Source: Eledone cirrhosa
Taxonomy: Eukaryota
Reading direction: 5' to 3'
Assembly (NCBI GenBank): GCA_964016885.1
Contig: OZ024741.1
Span: forward strand, 3,658,001 to 3,722,000
Length of the DNA stretch: 64,000 nucleotides
Shown here piece after piece: positions 48,597 to 62,759 of the stretch. Positions within the stretch are counted from its first letter, which is position 1. The number at the start of each line of letters is the position of its first letter. Both the position numbers and the translations under genes were made by a program. Below the pieces are notes generated by a model. It was not told where the DNA came from and did no database searches. It saw only the letters and a list, made by a program, of their open reading frames with translations.

Positions 48597-51500
48597 GCTG
48601 GAAGGTTATGAATGTTTAACAAGCGATTTAACAAAAAGCAAAACTGCAAGATTTGTTCTGTTCAATACGACAAAAACACCGTATTTAAACCTTAAATAGA
48701 TAACAAAAAATACAGATTTCGGATTTTGCGAGATTGGATGTTTGTTTGGACTATGTACGAAATTGAGCGTGGAATGGAGAGAATAATTTGTACTTTACGG
48801 TTTACATGAGTACATCATAGAGATAATTGAAGCAGCGGTGGATTGGCGAAAGTGAATAAACATGAAGGAGAACTTATCTTATATATATATATGTGTGTGT
48901 GTGTAGCTAAGAGAGAGATAGAGGGGAAGAAAGAGAGGGGGGGGGAAGGGGGAGAGATATTGTGGCTGACCGCAGCCCCTCGTGGAGTAGCAAGGAGGGT
49001 GAAGGGGTGGAGCGGATTTTTGACTTTCAAGTAGCATACTATATATATTTAAAGTAATTTATAAGTAGAATGGGAAGGATTTTGTTTTTTGTTTGAGAAT
49101 ACGATAGAATTAAGGAATTGGACGAATACGATAGATTTAAGCTAGGAAGGTTATGAATGTTTAACAAGCGATTTAACAAAAAGCAAAACTGCAAGATTTG
49201 TTCTGTTCAATACGACAAAAACACCGTATTTAAACCTTAAATAGATAACAAAAAATACAGATTTCGGATTTTGCGAGATTGGATGTTTGTTTGGACTATG
49301 TACGAAATTGAGCGTGGAATGGAGAGAATAATTTGTACTTTACGGTTTACATGAGTACATCATAGAGATAATTGAAGCAGCGGTGGATTGGCGAAAGTGA
49401 ATAAACATGAAGGAGAACTTATCTTATATATATATATGTGTGTGTGTGTAGCTAAGAGAGAGATAGAAGGGAAGAAAGAGAGGGGGGGAAGGGGGAGAGA
49501 TATTGTGGCTGACCGCAGCCCCTCGTGGAGTAGCAAGGAGGGTGATGGGGTGGAGCGGATTTTTGACTTTCAAGTAGCATACTATATATATTTAAAGTAA
49601 TTTATAAGTAGAATGGGAAGGATTTTGTTTTTTGTTTGAGAATACGATAGAATTAAGGAATTGGACGAATACGATAGAATTAAGCTAGGAAGGTTATGAA
49701 TGTTTAACAAGCGATTTAACAAAAAGCAAAACTGCAAGATTTGTTCTGTTCAATACGACAAAAACACCGTATTTAAACCTTAAATAGATAACAAAAAATA
49801 CAGATTTCGGATTTTGCGAGATTGGATGTTTGTTTGGACTATGTACGAAATTGAGCGTGGAATGGAGAGAATAATTTGTACTTTACGGTTTACATGAGTA
49901 CATCATAGAGATAATTGAAGCAGCGGTGGATTGGCGAAAGTGAATAAACATGAAGGAGAACTTATCTTATATATATATATATGTGTGTGTGTGTAGCTAA
50001 GAGAGAGATAGAGGGGAAGAAAGAGAGGGGGGGGAGGGGGGGAGATATTGTGGCTGACCGCAGCCCCTCGTGGAGTAGCAAGGAGGGTGAAGGGGTGGAG
50101 CGGATTTTTGACTTTCAAGTAGCATACTATATATATTTAAAGTAATTTATAAGTAGAATGGGAAGGATTTTGTTTTTTGTTTGAGAATACGATAGAATTA
50201 AGGAATTGGACGAATACGATAGATTTAAGCTAGGAAGGTTATGAATGTTTAACAAGCGATTTAACAAAAAGCAAAACTGCAAGATTTGTTCTGTTCAATA
50301 CGACAAAAACACCGTATTTAAACCTTAAATAGATAACAAAAAATACAGATTTCGGATTTTGCGAGATTGGATGTTTGTTTGGACTATGTACGAAATTGAG
50401 CGTGGAATGGAGAGAATAATTTGTACTTTACGGTTTACATGAGTACATCATAGAGATAATTGAAGCAGCGGTGGATTGGCGAAAGTGAATAAACATGAAG
50501 GAGAACTTATCTTATATATATATATGTGTGTGTGTGTAGCTAAGAGAGAGATAGAGGGGAAGAAAGAGAGGGGGGGGGGGGGAGAGATATTGTGGCTGAC
50601 CGCAGCCCCTCGTGGAGTAGCAAGGAGGGTGAAGGGGTGGAGCGGATTTTTGACTTTCAAGTAGCATACTATATATATTTAAAGTAATTTATAAGTAGAA
50701 TGGGAAGGATTTTGTTTTTTGTTTGAGAATACGATAGAATTAAGGAATTGGACGAATACGATAGATTTAAGCTAGGAAGGTTATGAATGTTTAACAAGCG
50801 ATTTAACAAAAAGCAAAACTGCAAGATTTGTTCTGTTCAATACGACAAAAACACCGTATTTAAACCTTAAATAGATAACAAAAAATACAGATTTCGGATT
50901 TTGCGAGATTGGATGTTTGTTTGGACTATGTACGAAATTGAGCGTGGAATGGAGAGAATAATTTGTACTTTACGGTTTACATGAGTACATCATAGAGATA
51001 ATTGAAGCAGCGGTGGATTGGCGAAAGTGAATAAACATGAAGGAGAACTTATCTTATATATATATGTGTGTGTGTGTGTAGCTAAGAGAGAGATAGAGGG
51101 GAAGAAAGAGAGGGGGGGGGAAGGGGGAGAGATATTGTGGCTGACCGCAGCCCCTCGTGGAGTAGCAAGGAGGGTGAAGGGGTGGAGCGGATTTTTGACT
51201 TTCAAGTAGCATACTATATATATTTAAAGTAATTTATAAGTAGAATGGGAAGGATTTTGTTTTTTGTTTGAGAATACGATAGAATTAAGGAATTGGACGA
51301 ATACGATAGATTTAAGCTAGGAAGGTTATGAATGTTTAACAAGCGATTTAACAAAAAGCAAAACTGCAAGATTTGTTCTGTTCAATACGACAAAAACACC
51401 GTATTTAAACCTTAAATAGATAACAAAAAATACAGATTTCGGATTTTGCGAGATTGGATGTTTGTTTGGACTATGTACGAAATTGAGCGTGGAATGGAGA

Positions 51501-54500
51501 GAATAATTTGTACTTTACGGTTTACATGAGTACATCATAGAGATAATTGAAGCAGCGGTGGATTGGCGAAAGTGAATAAACATGAAGGAGAACTTATCTT
51601 ATATATATATATGTGTGTGTGTGTAGCTAAGAGAGAGATAGAAGGGAAGAAAGAGAGGGGGGGAAGGGGGAGAGATATTGTGGCTGACCGCAGCCCCTCG
51701 TGGAGTAGCAAGGAGGGTGATGGGGTGGAGCGGATTTTTGACTTTCAAGTAGCATACTATATATATTTAAAGTAATTTATAAGTAGAATGGGAAGGATTT
51801 TGTTTTTTGTTTGAGAATACGATAGAATTAAGGAATTGGACGAATACGATAGAATTAAGCTAGGAAGGTTATGAATGTTTAACAAGCGATTTAACAAAAA
51901 GCAAAACTGCAAGATTTGTTCTGTTCAATACGACAAAAACACCGTATTTAAACCTTAAATAGATAACAAAAAATACAGATTTCGGATTTTGCGAGATTGG
52001 ATGTTTGTTTGGACTATGTACGAAATTGAGCGTGGAATGGAGAGAATAATTTGTACTTTACGGTTTACATGAGTACATCATAGAGATAATTGAAGCAGCG
52101 GTGGATTGGCGAAAGTGAATAAACATGAAGGAGAACTTATCTTATATATATATATATGTGTGTGTGTGTAGCTAAGAGAGAGATAGAGGGGAAGAAAGAG
52201 AGGGGGGGGGGAGGGGGGGAGATATTGTGGCTGACCGCAGCCCCTCGTGGAGTAGCAAGGAGGGTGAAGGGGTGGAGCGGATTTTTGACTTTCAAGTAGC
52301 ATACTATATATATTTAAAGTAATTTATAAGTAGAATGGGAAGGATTTTGTTTTTTGTTTGAGAATACGATAGAATTAAGGAATTGGACGAATACGATAGA
52401 TTTAAGCTAGGAAGGTTATGAATGTTTAACAAGCGATTTAACAAAAAGCAAAACTGCAAGATTTGTTCTGTTCAATACGACAAAAACACCGTATTTAAAC
52501 CTTAAATAGATAACAAAAAATACAGATTTCGGATTTTGCGAGATTGGATGTTTGTTTGGACTATGTACGAAATTGAGCGTGGAATGGAGAGAATAATTTG
52601 TACTTTACGGTTTACATGAGTACATCATAGAGATAATTGAAGCAGCGGTGGATTGGCGAAAGTGAATAAACATGAAGGAGAACTTATCTTATATATATAT
52701 ATGTGTGTGTGTGTAGCTAAGAGAGAGATAGAGGGGAAGAAAGAGAGGGGGGGGGGAGAGATATTGTGGCTGACCGCAGCCCCTCGTGGAGTAGCAAGGA
52801 GGGTGAAGGGGTGGAGCGGATTTTTGACTTTCAAGTAGCATACTATATATATTTAAAGTAATTTATAAGTAGAATGGGAAGGATTTTGTTTTTTGTTTGA
52901 GAATACGATAGAATTAAGGAATTGGACGAATACGATAGATTTAAGCTAGGAAGGTTATGAATGTTTAACAAGCGATTTAACAAAAAGCAAAACTGCAAGA
53001 TTTGTTCTGTTCAATACGACAAAAACACCGTATTTAAACCTTAAATAGATAACAAAAAATACAGATTTCGGATTTTGCGAGATTGGATGTTTGTTTGGAC
53101 TATGTACGAAATTGAGCGTGGAATGGAGAGAATAATTTGTACTTTACGGTTTACATGAGTACATCATAGAGATAATTGAAGCAGCGGTGGATTGGCGAAA
53201 GTGAATAAACATGAAGGAGAACTTATCTTATATATATATGTGTGTGTGTGTGTAGCTAAGAGAGAGATAGAGGGGAAGAAAGAGAGGGGGGGGGGAAGGG
53301 GGAGAGATATTGTGGCTGACCGCAGCCCCTCGTGGAGTAGCAAGGAGGGTGAAGGGGTGGAGCGGATTTTTGACTTTCAAGTAGCATACTATATATATTT
53401 AAAGTAATTTATAAGTAGAATGGGAAGGATTTTGTTTTTTGTTTGAGAATACGATAGAATTAAGGAATTGGACGAATACGATAGAATTAAGCTAGGAAGG
53501 TTATGAATGTTTAACAAGCGATTTAACAAAAAGCAAAACTGCAAGATTTGTTCTGTTCAATACGACAAAAACACCGTATTTAAACCTTAAATAGATAACA
53601 AAAAATACAGATTTCGGATTTTGCGAGATTGGATGTTTGTTTGGACTATGTACGAAATTGAGCGTGGAATGGAGAGAATAATTTGTACTTTACGGTTTAC
53701 ATGAGTACATCATAGAGATAATTGAAGCAGCGGTGGATTGGCGAAAGTGAATAAACATGAAGGAGAACTTATCTTATATATATATATGTGTGTGTGTGTA
53801 GCTAAGAGAGAGATAGAGGGGAAGAAAGAGAGGGGGGAAGGGGGAGAGATATTGTGGCTGACCGCAGCCCCTCGTGGAGTAGCAAGGAGGGTGAAGGGGT
53901 GGAGCGGATTTTTGACTTTCAAGTAGCATACTATATATATTTAAAGTAATTTATAAGTAGAATGGGAAGGATTTTGTTTTTTGTTTGAGAATACGATAGA
54001 ATTAAGGAATTGGACGAATACGATAGAATTAAGCTAGGAAGGTTATGAATGTTTAACAAGCGATTTAACAAAAAGCAAAACTGCAAGATTTGTTCTGTTC
54101 AATACGACAAAAACACCGTATTTAAACCTTAAATAGATAACAAAAAATACAGATTTCGGATTTTGCGAGATTGGATGTTTGTTTGGACTATGTACGAAAT
54201 TGAGCGTGGAATGGAGAGAATAATTTGTACTTTACGGTTTACATGAGTACATCATAGAGATAATTGAAGCAGCGGTGGATTGGCGAAAGTGAATAAACAT
54301 GAAGGAGAACTTATCTTATATATATATATGTGTGTGTGTGTAGCTAAGAGAGAGATAGAAGGGAAGAAAGAGAGGGGGGGGGGAAGGGGGAGAGATATTG
54401 TGGCTGACCGCAGCCCCTCGTGGAGTAGCAAGGAGGGTGAAGGGGTGGAGCAGATTTTTGACTTTCAAGTAGCATACTATATATATTTAAAGTAATTTAT

Positions 54501-57500
54501 AAGTAGAATGGGAAGGATTTTGTTTTTTGTTTGAGAATACGATAGAATTAAGGAATTGGACGAATACGATAGAATTAAGCTAGGAAGGTTATGAATGTTT
54601 AACAAGCGATTTAACGAAAAGCAAAACTGCAAGATTTGTTCTGTTCAATACGACAAAAACACCGTATTTAAACCTTAAATAGATAACAAAAAATACAGAT
54701 TTCGGATTTTGCGAGATTGGATGTTTGTTTGGACTATGTACGAAATTGAGCGTGGAATGGAGAGAATAATTTGTACTTTACGGTTTACATGAGTACATCA
54801 TAGAGATAATTGAAGCAGCGGTGGATTGGCGAAAGTGAATAAACATGAAGGAGAACTTATCTTATATATATATATGTGTGTGTGTGTAGCTAAGAGAGAG
54901 ATAGAGGGGAAGAAAGAGAGAGGGGGGGGGGGGAGATATTGTGGCTGACCGCAGCCCCTCGTGGAGTAGCAAGGAGGGTGAAGGGGTGGAGCAGATTTTT
55001 GACTTTCAAGTAGCATACTATATATATTTAAAGTAATTTATAAGTAGAATGGGAAGGATTTTGTTTTTTGTTTGAGAATACGATAGAATTAAGGAATTGG
55101 ACGAATACGATAGAATTAAGCTAGGAAGGTTATGAATGTTTAACAAGCGATTTAACAAAAAGCAAAACTGCAAGATTTGTTCTGTTCAATACGACAAAAA
55201 CACCGTATTTAAACCTTAAATAGATAACAAAAAATACAGATTTCGGATTTTGCGAGATTGGATGTTTGTTTGGACTATGTACGAAATTGAGCGTGGAATG
55301 GAGAGAATAATTTGTACTTTACGGTTTACTTGAGTACATCATAGAGATAATTGAAGCAGCGGTGGATTGGCGAAAGTGAATAAACATGAAGGAGAACTTA
55401 TCTTATATATATATATGTGTGTGTGTGTAGCTAAGAGAGAGATAGAGGGGAAGAAAGAGAGGGGGGGGAAGGGGGAGAGATATTGTGGCTGACCGCAGCC
55501 CCTCGTGGAGTAGCAAGGAGGGTGAAGGGGTGGAGCGGATTTTTGACTTTCAAGTAGCATACTATATATATTTAAAGTAATTTATAAGTAGAATGGGAAG
55601 GATTTTGTTTTTTGTTTGAGAATACGATAGAATTAAGGAATTGGACGAATACGATAGAATTAAGCTAGGAAGGTTATGAATGTTTAACAAGCGATTTAAC
55701 AAAAAGCAAAACTGCAAGATTTGTTCTGTTCAATACGACAAAAACACCGTATTTAAACCTTAAATAGATAACAAAAAATACAGATTTCGGATTTTGCGAG
55801 ATTGGATGTTTGTTTGGACTATGTACGAAATTGAGCGTGGAATGGAGAGAATAATTTGTACTTTACGGTTTACTTGAGTACATCATAGAGATAATTGAAG
55901 CAGCGGTGGATTGGCGAAAGTGAATAAACATGAAGGAGAACTTATCTTATATATATATATGTGTGTGTGTGTAGCTAAGAGAGAGATAGAGGGGAAGAAA
56001 GAGAGGGGGGGGAAGGGGGAGAGATATTGTGGCTGACCGCAGCCCCTCGTGGAGTAGCAAGGAGGGTGAAGGGGTGGAGCGGATTTTTGACTTTCAAGTA
56101 GCATACTATATATATTTAAAGTAATTTATAAGTAGAATGGGAAGGATTTTGTTTTTTGTTTGAGAATACGATAGAATTAAGGAATTGGACGAATACGATA
56201 GATTTAAGCTAGGAAGGTTATGAATGTTTAACAAGCGATTTAACAAAAAGCAAAACTGCAAGATTTGTTCTGTTCAATACGACAAAAACACCGTATTTAA
56301 ACCTTAAATAGATAACAAAAAATACAGATTTCGGATTTTGCGAGATTGGATGTTTGTTTGGACTATGTACGAAATTGAGCGTGGAATGGAGAGAATAATT
56401 TGTACTTTACGGTTTACATGAGTACATCATAGAGATAATTGAAGCAGCGGTGGATTGGCGAAAGTGAATAAACATGAAGGAGAACTTATCTTATATATAT
56501 ATATGTGTGTGTGTGTAGCTAAGAGAGAGATAGAGGGGAAGAAAGAGAGGGGGGGGAAGGGGGAGAGATATTGTGGCTGACCGCAGCCCCTCGTGGAGTA
56601 GCAAGGAGGGTGAAGGGGTGGAGCGGATTTTTGACTTTCAAGTAGCATACTATATATATTTAAAGTAATTTATAAGTAGAATGGGAAGGATTTTGTTTTT
56701 TGTTTGAGAATACGATAGAATTAAGGAATTGGACGAATACGATAGATTTAAGCTAGGAAGGTTATGAATGTTTAACAAGCGATTTAACAAAAAGCAAAAC
56801 TGCATGATTTGTTCTGTTCAATACGACAAAAACACCGTATTTAAACCTTAAATAGATAACAAAAAATACAGATTTCGGATTTTGCGAGATTGGATGTTTG
56901 TTTGGACTATGTACGAAATTGAGCGTGGAATGGAGAGAATAATTTGTACTTTACGGTTTACATGAGTACATCATAGAGATAATTGAAGCAGCGGTGGATT
57001 GGCGAAAGTGAATAAACATGAAGGAGAACTTATCTTATATATATATATGTGTGTGTGTGTAGCTAAGAGAGAGATAGAGGGGAAGAAAGAGAGGGGGGGG
57101 AAGGGGGAGAGATATTGTGGCTGACCGCAGCCCCTCGTGGAGTAGCAAGGAGGGTGAAGGGGTGGAGCGGATTTTTGACTTTCAAGTAGCATACTATATA
57201 TATTTAAAGTAATTTATAAGTAGAATGGGAAGGATTTTGTTTTTTGTTTGAGAATACGATAGAATTAAGGAATTGGACGAATACGATAGAATTAAGCTAG
57301 GAAGGTTATGAATGTTTAACAAGCGATTTAACAAAAAGCAAAACTGCAAGATTTGTTCTGTTCAATACGACAAAAACACCGTATTTAAACCTTAAATAGA
57401 TAACAAAAAATACAGATTTCGGATTTTGCGAGATTGGATGTTTGTTTGGACTATGTACGAAATTGAGCGTGGAATGGAGAGAATAATTTGTACTTTACGG

Positions 57501-60500
57501 TTTACATGAGTACATCATAGAGATAATTGAAGCAGCGGTGGATTGGCGAAAGTGAATAAACATGAAGGAGAACTTATCTTATATATATATATGTGTGTGT
57601 GTGTAGCTAAGAGAGAGATAGAGGGGAAGAAAGAGAGGGGGGAAGGGGGAGAGATATTGTGGCTGACCGCAGCCCCTCGTGGAGTAGCAAGGAGGGTGAA
57701 GGGGTGGAGCGGATTTTTGACTTTCAAGTAGCATACTATATATATTTAAAGTAATTTATAAGTAGAATGGGAAGGATTTTGTTTTTTGTTTGAGAATACG
57801 ATAGAATTAAGGAATTGGACGAATACGATAGAATTAAGCTAGGAAGGTTATGAATGTTTAACAAGCGATTTAACAAAAAGCAAAACTGCAAGATTTGTTC
57901 TGTTCAATACGACAAAAACACCGTATTTAAACCTTAAATAGATAACAAAAAATACAGATTTCGGATTTTGCGAGATTGGATGTTTGTTTGGACTATGTAC
58001 GAAATTGAGCGTGGAATGGAGAGAATAATTTGTACTTTACGGTTTACATGAGTACATCATAGAGATAATTGAAGCAGCGGTGGATTGGCGAAAGTGAATA
58101 AACATGAAGGAGAACTTATCTTATATATATATATGTGTGTGTGTGTAGCTAAGAGAGAGATAGAAGGGAAGAAAGAGAGGGGGGGGGGAAGGGGGAGAGA
58201 TATTGTGGCTGACCGCAGCCCCTCGTGGAGTAGCAAGGAGGGTGAAGGGGTGGAGCAGATTTTTGACTTTCAAGTAGCATACTATATATATTTAAAGTAA
58301 TTTATAAGTAGAATGGGAAGGATTTTGTTTTTTGTTTGAGAATACGATAGAATTAAGGAATTGGACGAATACGATAGAATTAAGCTAGGAAGGTTATGAA
58401 TGTTTAACAAGCGATTTAACAAAAAGCAAAACTGCAAGATTTGTTCTGTTCAATACGACAAAAACACCGTATTTAAACCTTAAATAGATAACAAAAAATA
58501 CAGATTTCGGATTTTGCGAGATTGGATGTTTGTTTGGACTATGTACGAAATTGAGCGTGGAATGGAGAGAATAATTTGTACTTTACGGTTTACTTGAGTA
58601 CATCATAGAGATAATTGAAGCAGCGGTGGATTGGCGAAAGTGAATAAACATGAAGGAGAACTTATCTTATATATATATATGTGTGTGTGTGTAGCTAAGA
58701 GAGAGATAGAGGGGAAGAAAGAGAGGGGGGGGAAGGGGGAGAGATATTGTGGCTGACCGCAGCCCCTCGTGGAGTAGCAAGGAGGGTGAAGGGGGTGGAG
58801 CGGATTTTTGACTTTCAAGTAGCATACTAGATATATCTTTAAAGTAATTTATAAGTAGAATGGGAAGATTTTGTTTTTTGTTTGAGAATACGATAGAATT
58901 AAGGAATTGGACGAATACGATAGAATTAAGCTAGGAAGGTATGAATGTTTAACCAAGCGATTTAACAAAAAGCAAAACTGCAAGATTTGTTCTGTTCAAT
59001 ACGACAAAAACACCGTATTTAAACCTTAAATAGATAACAAAAAATACAGATTTCGGATTTTGCGAGATTGGATGTTTGTTTGGACTATGTACGAAATTGA
59101 GCGTGGAATGGAGAGAATAATTTGTACTTTACGGTTTACTTGAGTACATCATAGAGATAATTGAAGCAGCGGTGGATTGGCGAAAGTGAATAAACATGAA
59201 GGAGAACTTATCTTATATATATATATGTGTGTGTGTGTAGCTAAGAGAGATAGAGGGGAAGAAAGAGAGGGGGGGGGGGGGGGGGGGAGAGAGATATTGT
59301 GGCTGACCGCAGCCCCTCGTGGAGTAGCAAGGAGGGTGAAGGGGTGGAGCGGATTTTTGACTTTCAAGTAGCATACTATATATATTTAAAGTAATTTATA
59401 AGTAGAATGGGAAGGATTTTGTTTTTTGTTTGAGAATACGATAGAATTAAGGAATTGGACGAATACGATAGAATTAAGCTAGGAAGGTTATGAATGTTTA
59501 ACAAGCGATTTAACAAAAAGCAAAACTGCAAGATTTGTTCTGTTCAATACGACAAAAACACCGTATTTAAACCTTAAATAGATAACAAAAAATAAAGATT
59601 TCGGATTTTGCGAGATTGGATGTTTGTTTGGACTATGTACGAAATTGAGCGTGGAATGGAGAGAATAATTTGTACTTTACGGTTTACATGAGTACATCAT
59701 AGAGATAATTGAAGCAGCGGTGGATTGGCGAAAGTGAATAAACATGAAGGAGAACTTATCTTATATATATATATGTGTGTGTGTGTAGCTAAGAGAGAGA
59801 TAGAGGGGAAGAAAGAGAGGGGGGGGAGGGGGAGAGATATTGTGGCTGACCGCAGCCCCTCGTGGAGTAGCAAGGAGGGTGAAGGGGTGGAGCGGATTTT
59901 TGACTTTCAAGTAGCATACTATATATATTTAAAGTAATTTATAAGTAGAATGGGAAGGATTTTGTTTTTTGTTTGAGAATACGATAGAATTAAGGAATTG
60001 GACGAATACGATAGATTTAAGCTAGGAAGGTTATGAATGTTTAACAAGCGATTTAACAAAAGGCAAAACTGCAAGATTTGTTCTGTTCAATACGACAAAA
60101 ACACCGTATTTAAACCTTAAATAGATAACAAAAAATACAGATTTCGGATTTTGCGAGATTGGATGTTTGTTTGGACTATGTACGAAATTGAGCGTGGAAT
60201 GGAGAGAATAATTTGTACTTTACGGTTTACATGAGTACATCATAGAGATAATTGAAGCAGCGGTGGATTGGCGAAAGTGAATAAACATGAAGGAGAACTT
60301 ATCTTATATATATATATGTGTGTGTAGCTAAGAGAGAGATAGAGGGGAAGAAAGAGAGGGGGGGGAAGGGGGAGAGATATTGTGGCTGACCGCAGCCCCT
60401 CGTGGAGTAGCAAGGAGGGTGAAGGGGTGGAGCGGATTTTTGACTTTCAAGTAGCATACTATATATATTTAAAGTAATTTATAAGTAGAATGGGAAGGAT

Positions 60501-62020
60501 TTTGTTTTTTGTTTGAGAATACGATAGAATTAAGGAATTGGACGAATACGATAGATTTAAGCTAGGAAGGTTATGAATGTTTAACAAGCGATTTAACAAA
60601 AAGCAAAACTGCAAGATTTGTTCTGTTCAATACGACAAAAACACCGTATTTAAACCTTAAATAGATAACAAAAAATACAGATTTCGGATTTTGCGAGATT
60701 GGATGTTTGTTTGGACTATGTACGAAATTGAGCGTGGAATGGAGAGAATAATTTGTACTTTACGGTTTACATGAGTACATCATAGAGATAATTGAAGCAG
60801 CGGTGGATTGGCGAAAGTGAATAAACATGAAGGAGAACTTATCTTATATATATATATGTGTGTGTGTGTGTAGCTAAGAGAGAGATAGAGGGGAAGAAAG
60901 AGAGGGGGGGGGAGGGGGAGAGATATTGTGGCTGACCGCAGCCCCTCGTGGAGTAGCAAGGAGGGTGAAGGGGTGGAGCGGATTTTTGACTTTCAAGTAG
61001 CATACTATATATATTTAAAGTAATTTATAAGTAGAATGGGAAGGATTTTGTTTTTTGTTTGAGAATACGATAGAATTAAGGAATTGGACGAATACGATAG
61101 AATTAAGCTAGGAAGGTTATGAATGTTTAACAAGCGATTTAACAAAAAGCAAAACTGCAAGATTTGTTCTGTTCAATACGACAAAAACACCGTATTTAAA
61201 CCTTAAATAGATAACAAAAAATACAGATTTCGGATTTTGCGAGATTGGATGTTTGTTTGGACTATGTACGAAATTGAGCGTGGAATGGAGAGAATAATTT
61301 GTACTTTACGGTTTACATGAGTACATCATAGAGATAATTGAAGCAGCGGTGGATTGGCGAAAGTGAATAAACATGAAGGAGAACTTATCTTATATATATA
61401 TATGTGTGTGTGTGTAGCTAAGAGAGAGATAGAGGGGAAGAAAGAGGGGGGGGGGGAGGGGGAGAGATATTGTGGCTGACCGCAGCCCCTCGTGGAGTAG
61501 CAAGGAGGGTGAAGGGGTGGAGCGGATTTTTGACTTTCAAGTAGCATACTATATATATTTAAAGTAATTTATAAGTAGAATGGGAAGGATTTTGTTTTTT
61601 GTTTGAGAATACGATAGAATTAAGGAATTGGACGAATACGATAGAATTAAGCTAGGAAGGTTATGAATGTTTAACAAGCGATTTAACAAAAAGCAAAACT
61701 GCAAGATTTGTTCTGTTCAATACGACAAAAACACCGTATTTAAACCTTAAATAGATAACAAAAAATACAGATTTCGGATTTTGCGAGATTGGATGTTTGT
61801 TTGGACTATGTACGAAATTGAGCGTGGAATGGAGAGAATAATTTGTACTTTACGGTTTACATGAGTACATCATAGAGATAATTGAAGCAGCGGTGGATTG
61901 GCGAAAGTGAATAAACATGAAGGAGAACTTATCTTATATATATATATGTGTGTGTGTGTGTAGCTAAGAGAGAGATAGAGGGGAAGAAAGAGAGGGGGGG
62001 GAAGGGGGAGAGATATTGTG
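48597..62020. repeat. Tandem array of about 544-bp units: 24 full copies and one partial copy of about 370 bp, near-identical
   Basis: GCTAGGAAGGTTATGAATG recurs at 49141, 49684, 50229, 50771 ... 61107, 61651. Differences are mostly G-run and TA/TG-run lengths plus a few shared SNPs. Confidence 0.98.
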
Positions 62021-62634
62021 TCCCTGAAAGGTATTCTGTCCCTGACAGATGTAAAGGTATTCTGTACCTGACAGATATAAAGGTATTCTGTCCCTGGCAG
62101 ATGTAAAGGTATTCTGTACCTGACAGATATAAAGGTATTCTGTACCTGACAGATGTAAAGGTATTCTGTACCTGACAGATGTAAAGGTATTCTGTACCTG
62201 ACAGGTATAAAGGTATTCTGTACCTGACAGGTGTAAAGGTATTCTGTACCTGACAGGTATAAAGGTATTCTGTACCTGACAGGTATAAAGATATTCTGTA
62301 CCTGACAGGTGTAAAGGTATTCTGTACAGTGTGGGACATATAAAGGTATTCTGTACCTGATAGGTATAAAGGTATTCTGTACCTGACAGATGTAAAGGTA
62401 TTCTGTCCCTGACAGATATAAAGGTATTCTGTACCTGACAGATGTAAAGATATTCTGTACCTGGCAGATGTAAAGGTATTCTGTCCCTGACAGATGTAAA
62501 GGTATTCTGTCCCTGACAGATATAAAGGTATTCTGTACCTGACAGGTGTAAAGGTATTCTGTACCTGACAGGTGTAAAGGTATTCTGTACAGTGTGGGAC
62601 ATATAAAGGTATTCTGTACAGTGTAGGACAGATA
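62021..62634. repeat. 26-bp minisatellite, right part, about 23 units
   Basis: Same unit and same rare variant (TCTGTACAGTGTGGGACATATAAAGG) as at about 44511. Confidence 0.97.
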
Positions 62635-62759
62635 AAGACAATTAGTTCATGTCTTCTGTAATTTTACCAAAATTGATAGTTGCTAATCAAGAATTGATTA
62701 CTTCAGTTTCCAAACTATAAAACAGCGCTGTATGGAAAATAATAGTTTTTCCACCTTAA

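Larger units (their letters stand above)
44748..62020 (-). mobile_element. 17.3-kb RTE LINE insertion: tail, 3' UTR, ORF, 5' UTR and a 13.4-kb 5' tandem monomer array
   Basis: The same 26-bp minisatellite flanks both ends; the array abuts the LINE 5' UTR with no intervening host DNA; the monomer is homologous to the 5' UTR of RTE 24884-29074. Confidence 0.85.

Noticed and set aside
48815-61547. Repeated 60-74-aa ORFs in the 544-bp units
   Set aside because: Frames change with G-run and TA/TG-run length between units; low complexity; no conserved product.
48597-62020. Tandem 5S rRNA, snRNA, tRNA, spliced-leader or histone gene array
   Set aside because: I could recognise no 5S, U snRNA, tRNA cloverleaf or histone sequence in the unit; it aligns instead to an RTE 5' UTR. 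An Rfam scan would be the formal test.
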